Origin: a virus
Virus record (IMG/VR): IMGVR_UViG_3300022188_000008
Location: 31,306 to 95,305 of that record
Length of the DNA stretch: 64,000 bases
Strand: one strand, 5' to 3'
Each line of letters starts with the position of its first letter. The first letter of the stretch is position 1. The notes beneath the pieces are model-generated. The model had not been told where the DNA came from, made no database searches, and saw only the letters and a program-made list of their open reading frames with translations. The position numbers and the translations under genes were made by a program. Below are positions 28,354 to 38,048 of the stretch, in pieces.

Positions 28354-29214
28354 ATGGCTTCAAAAAATACAAATAACTATTCCCTTGGAATGCCTCTATT
28401 GTACTTTTATAGTACTTCAGGGGCTTCGGGATTGACTATTCTTGAGAATGCGTATGCAGGTACTGGTACTTATAATGCTAAGTATTACTACCTTGGCAAT
28501 GCAGCGGATATGTCACTAACACTTGGTACAGATTCATTAGACCATTTTACAGTTACTGCTGGTAAAAAACAGAAAGATAAATCAATTATCATTGAGCAGA
28601 CAATTAGTCTTTCTATGACTTTTGATGAGTTTGATGCTGATAATATGAGAAGGTTTTTCTATGGTGCTAATCAGACTAAGACTGTAGCAGACGAGGATTC
28701 TGGTATTGTCCCAGATGGTACTGAGACTCATTTTGAGTTTACTTTGGATAATATTCCAGTATCTCCTACTACAGTTACAGTGACTGCTACAATTAGTTCT
28801 TCGGATGTTGATATGACTGATGACGGTGGTGGGACTCTTTCCCCTGCAAGTGGTAGTAGTACTGGGACTATTGATTATGGTTCAGGTACTATAGTGTTAG
28901 ATTATGAAAACCCACCTGATAATGGATCTAATATCACTGTGGATTATACCTGTATTGTAGGTATAACGGTATTCGATGAGAACGCAATTACTGCAGAAGG
29001 TGCTATGTTGATGGTATTCCCGACTACAGTTGGTAGGCAGTGGAAATATCATATTCCCAAATGTTCCATTAAGCCTTCAGGTGATCTTGGTTTTGGTGCT
29101 GAAGATTGGATGTCTGGTACTTTTGAGGTTGAAATTCTTAAAGATGAAACCTTTAGCCATACTTTTGATACTTCTGAAGTTGATTGCCCGTATGGCTACA
29201 TTGATTTCTTTTAA
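28354..29214 (+). CDS. Major tail tube protein with inserted beta-sandwich domain
   Basis: NY.LG, YLGN, TFDE...N, P.C.IKPSGD; followed by a terminator. Confidence 0.82.
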   Translation: MASKNTNNYSLGMPLLYFYSTSGASGLTILENAYAGTGTYNAKYYYLGNAADMSLTLGTDSLDHFTVTAGKKQKDKSIIIEQTISLSMTFDEFDADNMRRFFYGANQTKTVADEDSGIVPDGTETHFEFTLDNIPVSPTTVTVTATISSSDVDMTDDGGGTLSPASGSSTGTIDYGSGTIVLDYENPPDNGSNITVDYTCIVGITVFDENAITAEGAMLMVFPTTVGRQWKYHIPKCSIKPSGDLGFGAEDWMSGTFEVEILKDETFSHTFDTSEVDCPYGYIDFF

Positions 29215-29226
29215 TAGTTAATTTCG

Positions 29227-29247
29227 GGGGCTTTTAGCCCCTTTTTT
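29227..29247 (+). terminator. Intrinsic terminator after the tail tube gene
   Basis: GGGGCT-TTT-AGCCCC-TTTTTT. Confidence 0.8.
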
Positions 29248-29271
29248 AAATAATATAATGAGGTGTAAAAT

Positions 29272-29673
29272 ATGTCTAAAAAGGAGAAAGTAACTGAAGC
29301 AGATAAAGAATTTTCTGAAGATATTAAAACACAATTAACAAGAGAAGTTGTAGTTGAGGATGTTAAGATAAAGCCTTACACTTTCGGTCAATTCATAGAA
29401 TTGACACCTATACTTGAAAGGATATATAAAGAGATTGAGGAAAAAGAACTTTTTAAAGATGGATTCCCTGAGAAATTAGAATTTAAAGGGGATTTCATTA
29501 AATTATATATGATAGCAGCAAAAGATATGATTAAACTCATATCTCTTGCTTGCCCAGAAGTTACTGATGATGAGATTAAAGAATGGCCTATAGAAAAAGG
29601 GATGCTAATATTAGCTACTATTTTCTACATTAATTTAGGCTTCCTAAAAAATATTTCAGCTCTCTTTACCTAA
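29272..29673 (+). CDS. Tail assembly chaperone (lambda gpG-like)
   Basis: Lies between tail tube and tape measure genes; slippery A AAA AAT at 29646-29652. Confidence 0.75.
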   Translation: MSKKEKVTEADKEFSEDIKTQLTREVVVEDVKIKPYTFGQFIELTPILERIYKEIEEKELFKDGFPEKLEFKGDFIKLYMIAAKDMIKLISLACPEVTDDEIKEWPIEKGMLILATIFYINLGFLKNISALFT

Positions 29674-30089
29674 AAAAAGCACCTGGAGGTAAGAGAGAGC
29701 AATATACATTATTACTAACAGATATATTCCAGGTGCTGATATCAAACGGGCATTCCTACCATGATATTTTAAATACCTACTCTATTTCGCAAACCTATGC
29801 TTTTTATGATTCTATAATAAGGCACGAATCACGAAAAAAATATGATTTCTTTGCTACTTTAGCAACTACAATAGGTTCAGCGATATCATTACAATTAGCA
29901 TCTACAAGTAAAAAGGCTTTTAAGGAAGCTGCAAAAAGATGGGATAAATTAGTACGATTTTTTAATAAGCAGAGTATAGAGACAATAAAGAAGAAAGAGA
30001 AGAAAGAAGATAAAGCAAGGAAAGTGCTAAATCAATTATTATCTTTAGTTCCTGTAGTACCGGAGAGTAAGAAAAATGACGGTAGCTGA
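29646..30089 (+). CDS. Tail assembly chaperone gpGT extension via -1 frameshift
   Basis: The -1 frame is open from the heptamer into ORF 29733..30089 (LISNGHSY.DI..YS..Q). Confidence 0.75.
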   Translation, partial: KKYFSSLYLKKAPGGKREQYTLLLTDIFQVLISNGHSYHDILNTYSISQTYAFYDSIIRHESRKKYDFFATLATTIGSAISLQLASTSKKAFKEAAKRWDKLVRFFNKQSIETIKKKEKKEDKARKVLNQLLSLVPVVPESKKNDGS

Positions 30090-33000
30090 ACTCATAGCAA
30101 CATTAGCATTAGATTTTGAAGATCAGGCATCTGCAAAGGCTTCTAAAGCAGCTAGATCATTAGAAGCATCTCTGAGAGGCATAAATATAGAAGGCGCAAT
30201 CAAAGGCGATCCTTTCAGTAGAACCTATAAGTATGTCAATGCTTTTAGGGATCAATTTAGAGTGTTATCTAAAGAACTGACGGCAGGTTTAGATCTTAAG
30301 ATTAAAGGAAAGCAGCTCCCAGGCGTAAAAACCTTAATAAACAACATAGAAAAAATAGATAATAACTATGTAAGAGCAAAGACATCCTTAGATGTTTTTA
30401 ACAATGCTATAAAAGAAGCTACCTCATTATATGCTGATTTTGGACAATCAGGAGTTATGTCTAGCGAGGAGATAGATGAGGCCCTAGGAAGATTGGCATA
30501 TGATTTAAGAGAAGTAAAAGCTAACCTCTCTAGCGTCAGAATATCTCCAGAATTAAATAAAGAGATACGAGGATCTATTTTACCTGCTGTGGAAGAAATG
30601 ATAAAAGCATTTGATAAAGGAGGGGTTTCTTCTAAAACGGCCTTTGAAAAAGCAGTAGAAGGTATAAAAGATTTTGATTTGATAAATAAAGTAGCTCTTA
30701 CTGGTCTTCAGAAATTAATACAAGAGATTGATCTTCTTAATAAGAAAACTGAACAGTTTTATACAAAGAAGAATATAATGGCTACTCCTACTACACAATT
30801 AGGAGGGGCTTATACTGATATTCTGTCAAAGTTAGGGAAAACCCGTTCTGAATTATCTCAATTATTAGGGCTATTAAGTTCTGAATTTGAATATGTTCCA
30901 AGAATGGCAGAAAGAGTTCGATCTCAAGTAGCTGCTCTTGCGAAATCAGGGTATGACCTGAGTAACATAGAGGTAAGAAATATTAAGAAAGTAGTACAAT
31001 ATAGGGATATTGAACTACAATCTCTACAGGTAAAAGCCAATCTTTTAAGAGCAGGCTTAGTATCAGAACAAGAAGCAGTCAATATCATAAAACAGGCTTC
31101 AAATTATGCTCAGAAATATAATCTCGAATTAAAAGATGTATTAACTACCCTTAATATGTCTACAAAAGATTGGGCAACATTCTATATTGCTTCTCTTAAA
31201 TCAGATGCTGCTGTTCAGAAGATACGTACTGAGTTGGATACAGTTAACTTGTTGTTGAGAGAGGCTTGGACTCTTGGGAAATCAATTAATAGCGAGGTAT
31301 TGATAGCTCTTAGGAGAAGACAAAAAGAGTTGGAATTGGAAGCAAAACTGATTGAATTTGAAGATAAAAGAGTTTTTTCTGTAGCAGAAGTTGTTAAATA
31401 TTACGATTTAATAGTAGAAAAAGTCCGTGCTTCTCTAGGTATTGATATAAGTAAGAATCTTAAGCAAGCTATTTTTACTATTGCTGAGATTAATACACAA
31501 TTAGAGAGCCAATATAATATAGAATCTAATATTGCAAAATTAAGAAAAATAATTGCTGATTCATATATTAAAGATTTTGATATTATTAAATTAATAGAAA
31601 CATCAGGACTGACGAGAGAGAAGATAGAAGAATCTATAGCTATTGCAAGAGAACAATCCATAAAATCATTACAACTTCAATATGAACTTGGAATACTTAA
31701 TGAATCTTCTCAAGCTAAGTTACGAGATGAGTTACTACAACAAACTGAACTTACAAGAGAGCAGCAGGTTTTATTGGGAAAATTAAATACTGAACTAAGT
31801 ATAGAGAAATCTGCATATTCCAACTTATTAGCAGAACAGGAAAGATTAAATAATCTCCTAAAAGCGCAGAAACAATATCTCAGTAATCTCAAAGTAACAA
31901 GTGGAAGTAGTGAGGATATAAAAGATGCCGAAAGAATCCTTTCATTAATTAAGGAGAGGAAACGAGTTGTAGATGAGACCCTTTCAGTTACTCAACAATT
32001 AACTGATTTATCAGATAGGAATGTCAAAGATGTAGAAAGAGAAGTACGTTCACGAGTTGAGGCAGAAAAAGTACTACGCTCTATAACTAAAGAGAAGATA
32101 AACCAGCTCACTACAGATATAGAAAGTTTAAAATCAGTTTCTGAACTTAGAGCAAAAGAACAGCAGATATTAAATATCCTGAAAACAACTACTAAATTTG
32201 TAACTGCTAATGGTAAACTTACAAAGGAATGGAGGGATAGAACTAAGAAATTAGAAGAAACTCTAGGCATAGTTAGGGAAAAACTAAGAAAGATCGAAGC
32301 AGAAACATCAAGAACTCAGAAAACAATATCTGGTGCAAGAAGTATTCTTTCTGGTTTTTTTAATATTAGATTAGTAGGCGTTTTTATGCTCTATCGTACT
32401 TTATGGGAATTACGTAGAGCTTTCTCAGATTTAGCTAAGTCAGCTATGGAAGTCGAAGACAAAATGAAGAAATTTGAAACAATAACTCTTGCTACTACAG
32501 AGTCTGTTTCTTTAGCAACAGATACTGTAAAGGATCTATCTACTAAATATGCCTTAGCAGCTACAGATATTGCAGATGCACTTATTAAGATTGGACAAGC
32601 TGGGTATACTGCTCAAGAATCTATTTCTTTGATAAGTTCTACATCGCAATTAGCTGTAGCTACAGGTTCAGAATTAGGGGATACTGTAAATCTTATGTTA
32701 TCTGCAATGCAGGCATGGGATTTGGAAACCTCAAAATCTGTAGATATAGCTAATATTTTTACTTCTGCTATAAATAGTACACGACTAACTGTAGATAGAT
32801 TAAATACGTCTTTTAACTACATTACAGGTATTGCCCCGCAATTAAATATCACGTTGGAAGAAACTGCTGCTATTCTTGGTACAATGGCAGATGCTGGTAT
32901 TAGAGCTTCTACGTCTGGTACTTCTATGCGGGCAATGTTTGCTGAATTATTAAAGCCTTCCAATAGATTGATTGATACATTAAGTGATTTGGGATTAACA

Positions 33001-35856
33001 ATAGAAGATGTAGACCCACAATTGCACACAGTAACTGATATTTTAATTACCCTCAAAAAAGCAGGCTTTTCTGCTGCTGATGCTTTCAGAGCTTTTGGTA
33101 GAAGAGGGGCTTCTGGGATTGCTGTTTTAGTAGCTAATGCAGATAAAGTAGCACAATTGAGCACTTCTTTTAATAATTATGCTCGTGCTGCTTCTCTTGC
33201 AGCTATTGCGAGTGAGAGTTTACAAGCTAGATTAACTATCTTTTGGAATAGTTTAAGAGCCGAGGTAATGAATGTAGTCCCTGCCATAACCCATTTTATT
33301 GATGCTATTTCTGGATTAAGGGATATAAAAATTACTTCTACTGGTATAGAATTTACTAAGACTGTTGGAGAAATTGTACTTTCTTCAGAATCAGCATCCA
33401 AACGCTTAAATGATCTCACCCTTTCTATGCAGAGATTTAATGATGCTGTTGCAGAGGTACGAGGTTTAGAGCAGGCTGGATTGCTTATTCAGGCAATTTC
33501 TAAAGCATATAAAACAGGATTAGTACCTCTTGCTGAATATAATAAGTTGATGAAAGAATATAATGAAAGATTAGCAAAAGGTACTGATATCACGGATACT
33601 TTCAGGAAAGCTCAAGATCTTCTAAATGGCACTATAAAGCGCAATATAGAATTAGAAAAAGTTAGAAGAATAATAGAATTTACTGATGCTATTGAAAAGC
33701 AGGCCGCTGCGGAACGAAAAGTCAGAGAGGCATTTAGAGATCAAAATAAAGAAATAACTAGAGTATTGACTACGTGGCAAGATTATCAAAAAGCTGTATC
33801 TAAAACGTCTCCTTTAGAAGCATTAGGAGAAGTTGGTCTTGGGTTAACTCCGCAAATAGATGAACTGGAAAGGACTATTGCTAATGTACAGAAATTACTT
33901 GGTTCTCCTTTATCTTCAGAATGGTTGAAGTCTTTAAAATCTCAGAGTGAACAATTAACAGGAATTACAAAAGATGCAAGCAATCAGCTCTATAAGTTCA
34001 TTAAAGTAATTGAATTAGCAGGTCCTGAATTTGCAAAGAAATTAGTAACATCAGGTAAAGATATAGACGAGTACAGCAAATCCTTACAGAATTTTATAAA
34101 TATGCTTAAAAAGCAAGGTAGCTTAAAAGATATCTCACTTGTAGACACAAAAAATATAAGAGAATTAGCAAAATACCCTAAGTTATTTACCGAGTTAGCT
34201 ATACAGTCTGTAAGGACGTCTGAGGATATAGATGCTTTAAGAGCAGCATTTAAAGCTCTTATAGATGATGGAATATTACCTGTAACAGAAGGTGGAATAG
34301 TACAGGAATTTGTTAATAAACTTAATTCTTCTGATATACAGACTAAATCCTTATCAACATCTATTAATATTCTTCAGCAGCGATTTGATGATCTGTATAA
34401 AACACTCTCTAGAGCTACATCTAATTTCAAAGATACAGTTAAGCCTTTGCAAGAAGTTCAAACTATTACTCTTAAATATGCTCAGACTCTAGAAAGGTTA
34501 AATCTAGTACGAGAATTAGCCCATGCAGGAATTACTGATTATTCTAAGAAACTGTCTGAATTAACAAATGTTCAGAAAATACAAATAGATCAACAAAAAG
34601 CTCTTCAAGCTAAACAAACATATTTGATAGATAAGCAATCTATAACTACCGGATTGCAGCTATTAGAGCAGACTTATAAGAGGCAATTAGAATTAGCTAA
34701 AGGCAATGCAGATAAAATAAGACAGATTAATTCTTGGAGAGCTGAAAATGAAACCAGGCTATACTCCGATATGAGTGTAGCAGCTCTTAAATATAAAAAT
34801 ACAATAGATAGATTAGTTAAGGAAGAAACCTCTGCTCTTCAGAGACTCTATCAACAGTTAAATAATGTTAATACCCAGTTACAGCAAAATGAAATCTCTT
34901 TGGAATTATCTTTAAAGAATTTTGATGCCGCTGTTAAAACTAAATTAGAAAAGATGAGCGGCACTACTAAGAATACTTTTGATAGATTAAAGAAGGAAGC
35001 TAGAAGTATAAGCTCTCTTATAAGCGAGGCAAGACTTTATGCTGATGAGGCTAAAGGTAAAGTATACCTCCAACAGGCAGAGCAGAAACTAAATGCTCTT
35101 AAATCTGCATTTTTATCTACAAATAAACTAAGCGAAGACCAAGTACGTTCTTTATCTCATCGTATAAAGGCTCTTATGAAAGATCTTGCAGAAGTTAAGG
35201 ATTCTGTGCTTGAAGATCAAAAGACTACTTTAGAAGCTCAGATAAATATGATGCGTAAGTCTCTTGATTCCCTTGTTACAGAAATGAAATCCTCAATGGA
35301 TGCTGTTAGGAAAAGTCTACAAAAACAAGGAGAGCTGAAGATAAAGGATAATATTGATACTGAAATAGTACCTAGGTTTAATGACCTCATTGAGAAGATA
35401 ACAGACTCTAAACCTGAATTAAAAATAAAGCATAATTTAGGAGATGTTAAATCAGATTTGGAGGATATAAATGATTTATTAGATGATATTTCTCATAAAG
35501 GTAAAATTAATATTTCTGTATCAGGAGGTGGAGGTAAATCAATAGGTGGTTATATACCTGGTTATGGTGGTGGAGATATAGTTCCTACGTGGTTAGAGCC
35601 AGGAGAATTTGTTATTAGGAAGGAAGTTGTTAGGGATTTTGGGGTAGATTTCTTTAGAAATATTAATGAAGGGGTGGCTTTTAATACTTCATTTCCCAAA
35701 ATGCAATATGGGGGAATGATTCCAGAAGTAAAAGCTAAAGATATAGTTAATGTAAATCTTAATTTAGGTAGTTCACAATTTCCTTTGTTTGGAGAGAGGG
35801 AAGTTGTTGAGATGTTAGTGTCCAGACTTCAAAAAGAGAGGTTGATGTCGATATGA
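30076..35856 (+). CDS. Tape measure protein (1926 aa)
   Basis: TP901-type core (GQAGY, LAVATG, GIRASTSGTSMR, FGRRGA); C-terminal GG.IPGYGGGD.VP..LEPGEFVI. Confidence 0.93.
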   Translation: MTVAELIATLALDFEDQASAKASKAARSLEASLRGINIEGAIKGDPFSRTYKYVNAFRDQFRVLSKELTAGLDLKIKGKQLPGVKTLINNIEKIDNNYVRAKTSLDVFNNAIKEATSLYADFGQSGVMSSEEIDEALGRLAYDLREVKANLSSVRISPELNKEIRGSILPAVEEMIKAFDKGGVSSKTAFEKAVEGIKDFDLINKVALTGLQKLIQEIDLLNKKTEQFYTKKNIMATPTTQLGGAYTDILSKLGKTRSELSQLLGLLSSEFEYVPRMAERVRSQVAALAKSGYDLSNIEVRNIKKVVQYRDIELQSLQVKANLLRAGLVSEQEAVNIIKQASNYAQKYNLELKDVLTTLNMSTKDWATFYIASLKSDAAVQKIRTELDTVNLLLREAWTLGKSINSEVLIALRRRQKELELEAKLIEFEDKRVFSVAEVVKYYDLIVEKVRASLGIDISKNLKQAIFTIAEINTQLESQYNIESNIAKLRKIIADSYIKDFDIIKLIETSGLTREKIEESIAIAREQSIKSLQLQYELGILNESSQAKLRDELLQQTELTREQQVLLGKLNTELSIEKSAYSNLLAEQERLNNLLKAQKQYLSNLKVTSGSSEDIKDAERILSLIKERKRVVDETLSVTQQLTDLSDRNVKDVEREVRSRVEAEKVLRSITKEKINQLTTDIESLKSVSELRAKEQQILNILKTTTKFVTANGKLTKEWRDRTKKLEETLGIVREKLRKIEAETSRTQKTISGARSILSGFFNIRLVGVFMLYRTLWELRRAFSDLAKSAMEVEDKMKKFETITLATTESVSLATDTVKDLSTKYALAATDIADALIKIGQAGYTAQESISLISSTSQLAVATGSELGDTVNLMLSAMQAWDLETSKSVDIANIFTSAINSTRLTVDRLNTSFNYITGIAPQLNITLEETAAILGTMADAGIRASTSGTSMRAMFAELLKPSNRLIDTLSDLGLTIEDVDPQLHTVTDILITLKKAGFSAADAFRAFGRRGASGIAVLVANADKVAQLSTSFNNYARAASLAAIASESLQARLTIFWNSLRAEVMNVVPAITHFIDAISGLRDIKITSTGIEFTKTVGEIVLSSESASKRLNDLTLSMQRFNDAVAEVRGLEQAGLLIQAISKAYKTGLVPLAEYNKLMKEYNERLAKGTDITDTFRKAQDLLNGTIKRNIELEKVRRIIEFTDAIEKQAAAERKVREAFRDQNKEITRVLTTWQDYQKAVSKTSPLEALGEVGLGLTPQIDELERTIANVQKLLGSPLSSEWLKSLKSQSEQLTGITKDASNQLYKFIKVIELAGPEFAKKLVTSGKDIDEYSKSLQNFINMLKKQGSLKDISLVDTKNIRELAKYPKLFTELAIQSVRTSEDIDALRAAFKALIDDGILPVTEGGIVQEFVNKLNSSDIQTKSLSTSINILQQRFDDLYKTLSRATSNFKDTVKPLQEVQTITLKYAQTLERLNLVRELAHAGITDYSKKLSELTNVQKIQIDQQKALQAKQTYLIDKQSITTGLQLLEQTYKRQLELAKGNADKIRQINSWRAENETRLYSDMSVAALKYKNTIDRLVKEETSALQRLYQQLNNVNTQLQQNEISLELSLKNFDAAVKTKLEKMSGTTKNTFDRLKKEARSISSLISEARLYADEAKGKVYLQQAEQKLNALKSAFLSTNKLSEDQVRSLSHRIKALMKDLAEVKDSVLEDQKTTLEAQINMMRKSLDSLVTEMKSSMDAVRKSLQKQGELKIKDNIDTEIVPRFNDLIEKITDSKPELKIKHNLGDVKSDLEDINDLLDDISHKGKINISVSGGGGKSIGGYIPGYGGGDIVPTWLEPGEFVIRKEVVRDFGVDFFRNINEGVAFNTSFPKMQYGGMIPEVKAKDIVNVNLNLGSSQFPLFGEREVVEMLVSRLQKERLMSI

Positions 35857-36233
35857 GTATAATACTAGGTGGGATTACGTTATCTAATGATATGGTTATA
35901 GAGAATAACTTCTCTTTTGAGCCTTTTTCTGGTTATATAACTAGAACATTAGGAGGTAGAATATGTTATTATGCTACTGAAGGAACTGCTGGGAAACCTA
36001 TTAATTTAGTAGCTACAAAAGAAAGTGGTTGGATAACATATTCTACTTATAAACAATTGAAGGACTTAATAGATGTTAATAACCCTATTACATTAGAATA
36101 TGGAGATATAACTTATACCGTTATTTTCCGATTTGATGATCCCCCTGTTTTAGATTTTAAACCCCTTATAAATAGAAATAACTTACAGGATGATGATTAT
36201 ATGTATGGAACTATAAAATTATTGGAGGTTTAA
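35853..36233 (+). CDS. Distal-tail-like protein
   Basis: Follows the tape measure gene; RTLGG, G.PI.L, GWI motifs. Confidence 0.65.
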   Translation: MSIILGGITLSNDMVIENNFSFEPFSGYITRTLGGRICYYATEGTAGKPINLVATKESGWITYSTYKQLKDLIDVNNPITLEYGDITYTVIFRFDDPPVLDFKPLINRNNLQDDDYMYGTIKLLEV

Positions 36234-36235
36234 TT

Positions 36236-36493
36236 ATGGTTATAGAAGATACAAGACGTGGTATGGAATTCCATTTCGATTTAACAAAAGATAACAGAAT
36301 TAGAAAAGTAGAAATTATATTTGCAGAACCAAAGGACTTCTCATGTATTCTTAGACCAGAAGGATTATTTGCAGCTTGTGGTGGTATGATGCGTATGCCT
36401 TCTCCAGCTCCGCAACCTATACCTGTACAACCAAGACAAGTTCCACCACAAAACCCTTTTAATGCAAAACAAACTAATGAAGAAAAGAAATAG
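36236..36493 (+). CDS. Hypothetical protein, Pro-rich C-terminus
   Basis: GGAGG RBS. Confidence 0.5.
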   Translation: MVIEDTRRGMEFHFDLTKDNRIRKVEIIFAEPKDFSCILRPEGLFAACGGMMRMPSPAPQPIPVQPRQVPPQNPFNAKQTNEEKK

Positions 36494-36502
36494 GAGTAGA
36501 AA

Positions 36503-37525
36503 ATGCCAGTATCTACATCAGAAGTAGTTCTTTTCAAAGCCTCAGTAAACTCGGATGCTTCAAATAATGGGGGTAGAGAGAGTTATACTCAGGTAACAGA
36601 TAATACATTATATAATGTTTTCCCAAGAGTTACTAATGCAGAGAGGATAGCAGGGATAACTCGTTACAGGAAAGTATTTGTTCATAATATAGATGATGAA
36701 CAGGATACTTTGTACAATGCAGCCTTTTTTATTGATAAATTGAGCACAGGGGATGATTATTATCGTATAGCTACAGGTACAGCTACTGATACTCAGAATG
36801 ATATTGGTAGTTATGATTTCTACGGTACAGGTAGATTAAATTCCGCAGCTACAGCAGGAAGTACCTCTATAGAGGTTAATTTTTTTCAGACAGACCTTAA
36901 TAGTGTGCTTTCTGCAGGGGATAAACTTTATATAACTAACTTAGAAGACGAATCAGATACTACACATCATAGTGAGTTTAATGAAATAAGTGCTATATCG
37001 TGGTCAGGCAGTGTTGCTACTATAACTCTTGCAGACCAATTACAGTATGATTATCTCACATCTTATACAAGTGGCAGTGATACTATTTATACAAGAGTTG
37101 CCGTCTACTTAGAGTTAGGAGATCTACATGCTTATACCGATTCAGTAACTGCAACTACAGCAGGCGATGGTGATTTTGATGATTCCAATTATCCAATAAC
37201 AGGGGATAATCAAGGATCGGTAAGAGACTTCATAACATTGACTTTTACTTCTGCAACTGCTTTTGATGCTTCGGGAAATTACTTAGGAAGTTTAGGTTCT
37301 GGGAATACTACTTCCGATTTTTCACCTACTAACCCTAATACTTCAACCCCATATTTCACAATTCCATCTTCAGGTTGGACAGGGACTTGGGCAAGTGGAG
37401 ATACTCTCACTTTTGAATTATATCCTGCAAGTGCGGCAGTGTGGATAAAAGAAGTAGTTCCAGCAGGAGCAAATAGTAAAGCCAATAATACAGTTATTGT
37501 CGGTATTTATGGGGAATCAGCTTAA
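36503..37525 (+). CDS. Tail structural protein
   Basis: NGGR...NVFPRV...ER.AG.TRYRKVF, PNT.TPYFTIP..GW.GTW, WIK.VVPAG. Confidence 0.7.
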   Translation: MPVSTSEVVLFKASVNSDASNNGGRESYTQVTDNTLYNVFPRVTNAERIAGITRYRKVFVHNIDDEQDTLYNAAFFIDKLSTGDDYYRIATGTATDTQNDIGSYDFYGTGRLNSAATAGSTSIEVNFFQTDLNSVLSAGDKLYITNLEDESDTTHHSEFNEISAISWSGSVATITLADQLQYDYLTSYTSGSDTIYTRVAVYLELGDLHAYTDSVTATTAGDGDFDDSNYPITGDNQGSVRDFITLTFTSATAFDASGNYLGSLGSGNTTSDFSPTNPNTSTPYFTIPSSGWTGTWASGDTLTFELYPASAAVWIKEVVPAGANSKANNTVIVGIYGESA

Positions 37526-37536
37526 GGAGGTAAATA

Positions 37537-38034
37537 ATGGCCTTAGAATGGAGATATACATACTCAGGCACTGATAATGGAGATCCCAATGAATCTCTTG
37601 GAGGTGATATGAGTGCTACACAATTAAGTTCCACGCCTATGAATAATTTATTTGATAACATTACTCCAGATGAAGCAGATGTAGGCGAATCTGAGTATAG
37701 GTGCTTAGTATTATATGCAAATGGTGGGGATTATACTGATATATCTATTTATATGAATCCAGAGACTTCTTCTCCCGATACGCAAATAGATATGGCTTTA
37801 GAAGGAATTAATCCTAGTTCTCCTACTACAATCACTGATGAGGATACTGCTCCAGATCAAACAGGTTGGACAGAAACTAGTTTTTTTCATAGGACATCTT
37901 CTAATAAATTAAATATATCTAGTTTGAATGATGGAGATAAGGCATATATATGGTTTAAAAGGACAGTATCTGCTGGAGCAACGGCTACATCTGAAGACAG
38001 TGGAACTATAAATGTGGATTATGTACCAGCATAA
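37537..38034 (+). CDS. Tail structural protein, related to the previous gene's ends
   Basis: DPN.SLGG, NLFDN...EA..G..EYRC, IW.KRTV.AG. Confidence 0.65.
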   Translation: MALEWRYTYSGTDNGDPNESLGGDMSATQLSSTPMNNLFDNITPDEADVGESEYRCLVLYANGGDYTDISIYMNPETSSPDTQIDMALEGINPSSPTTITDEDTAPDQTGWTETSFFHRTSSNKLNISSLNDGDKAYIWFKRTVSAGATATSEDSGTINVDYVPA

Positions 38035-38048
38035 TCTAGGAGGTTAAT

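Noticed and set aside
31401-34492. Short antisense or alternate-frame ORFs inside the tape measure gene (and similar ones inside other long genes)
   Set aside because: Shadow ORFs of well-supported genes, with no RBS or motifs.
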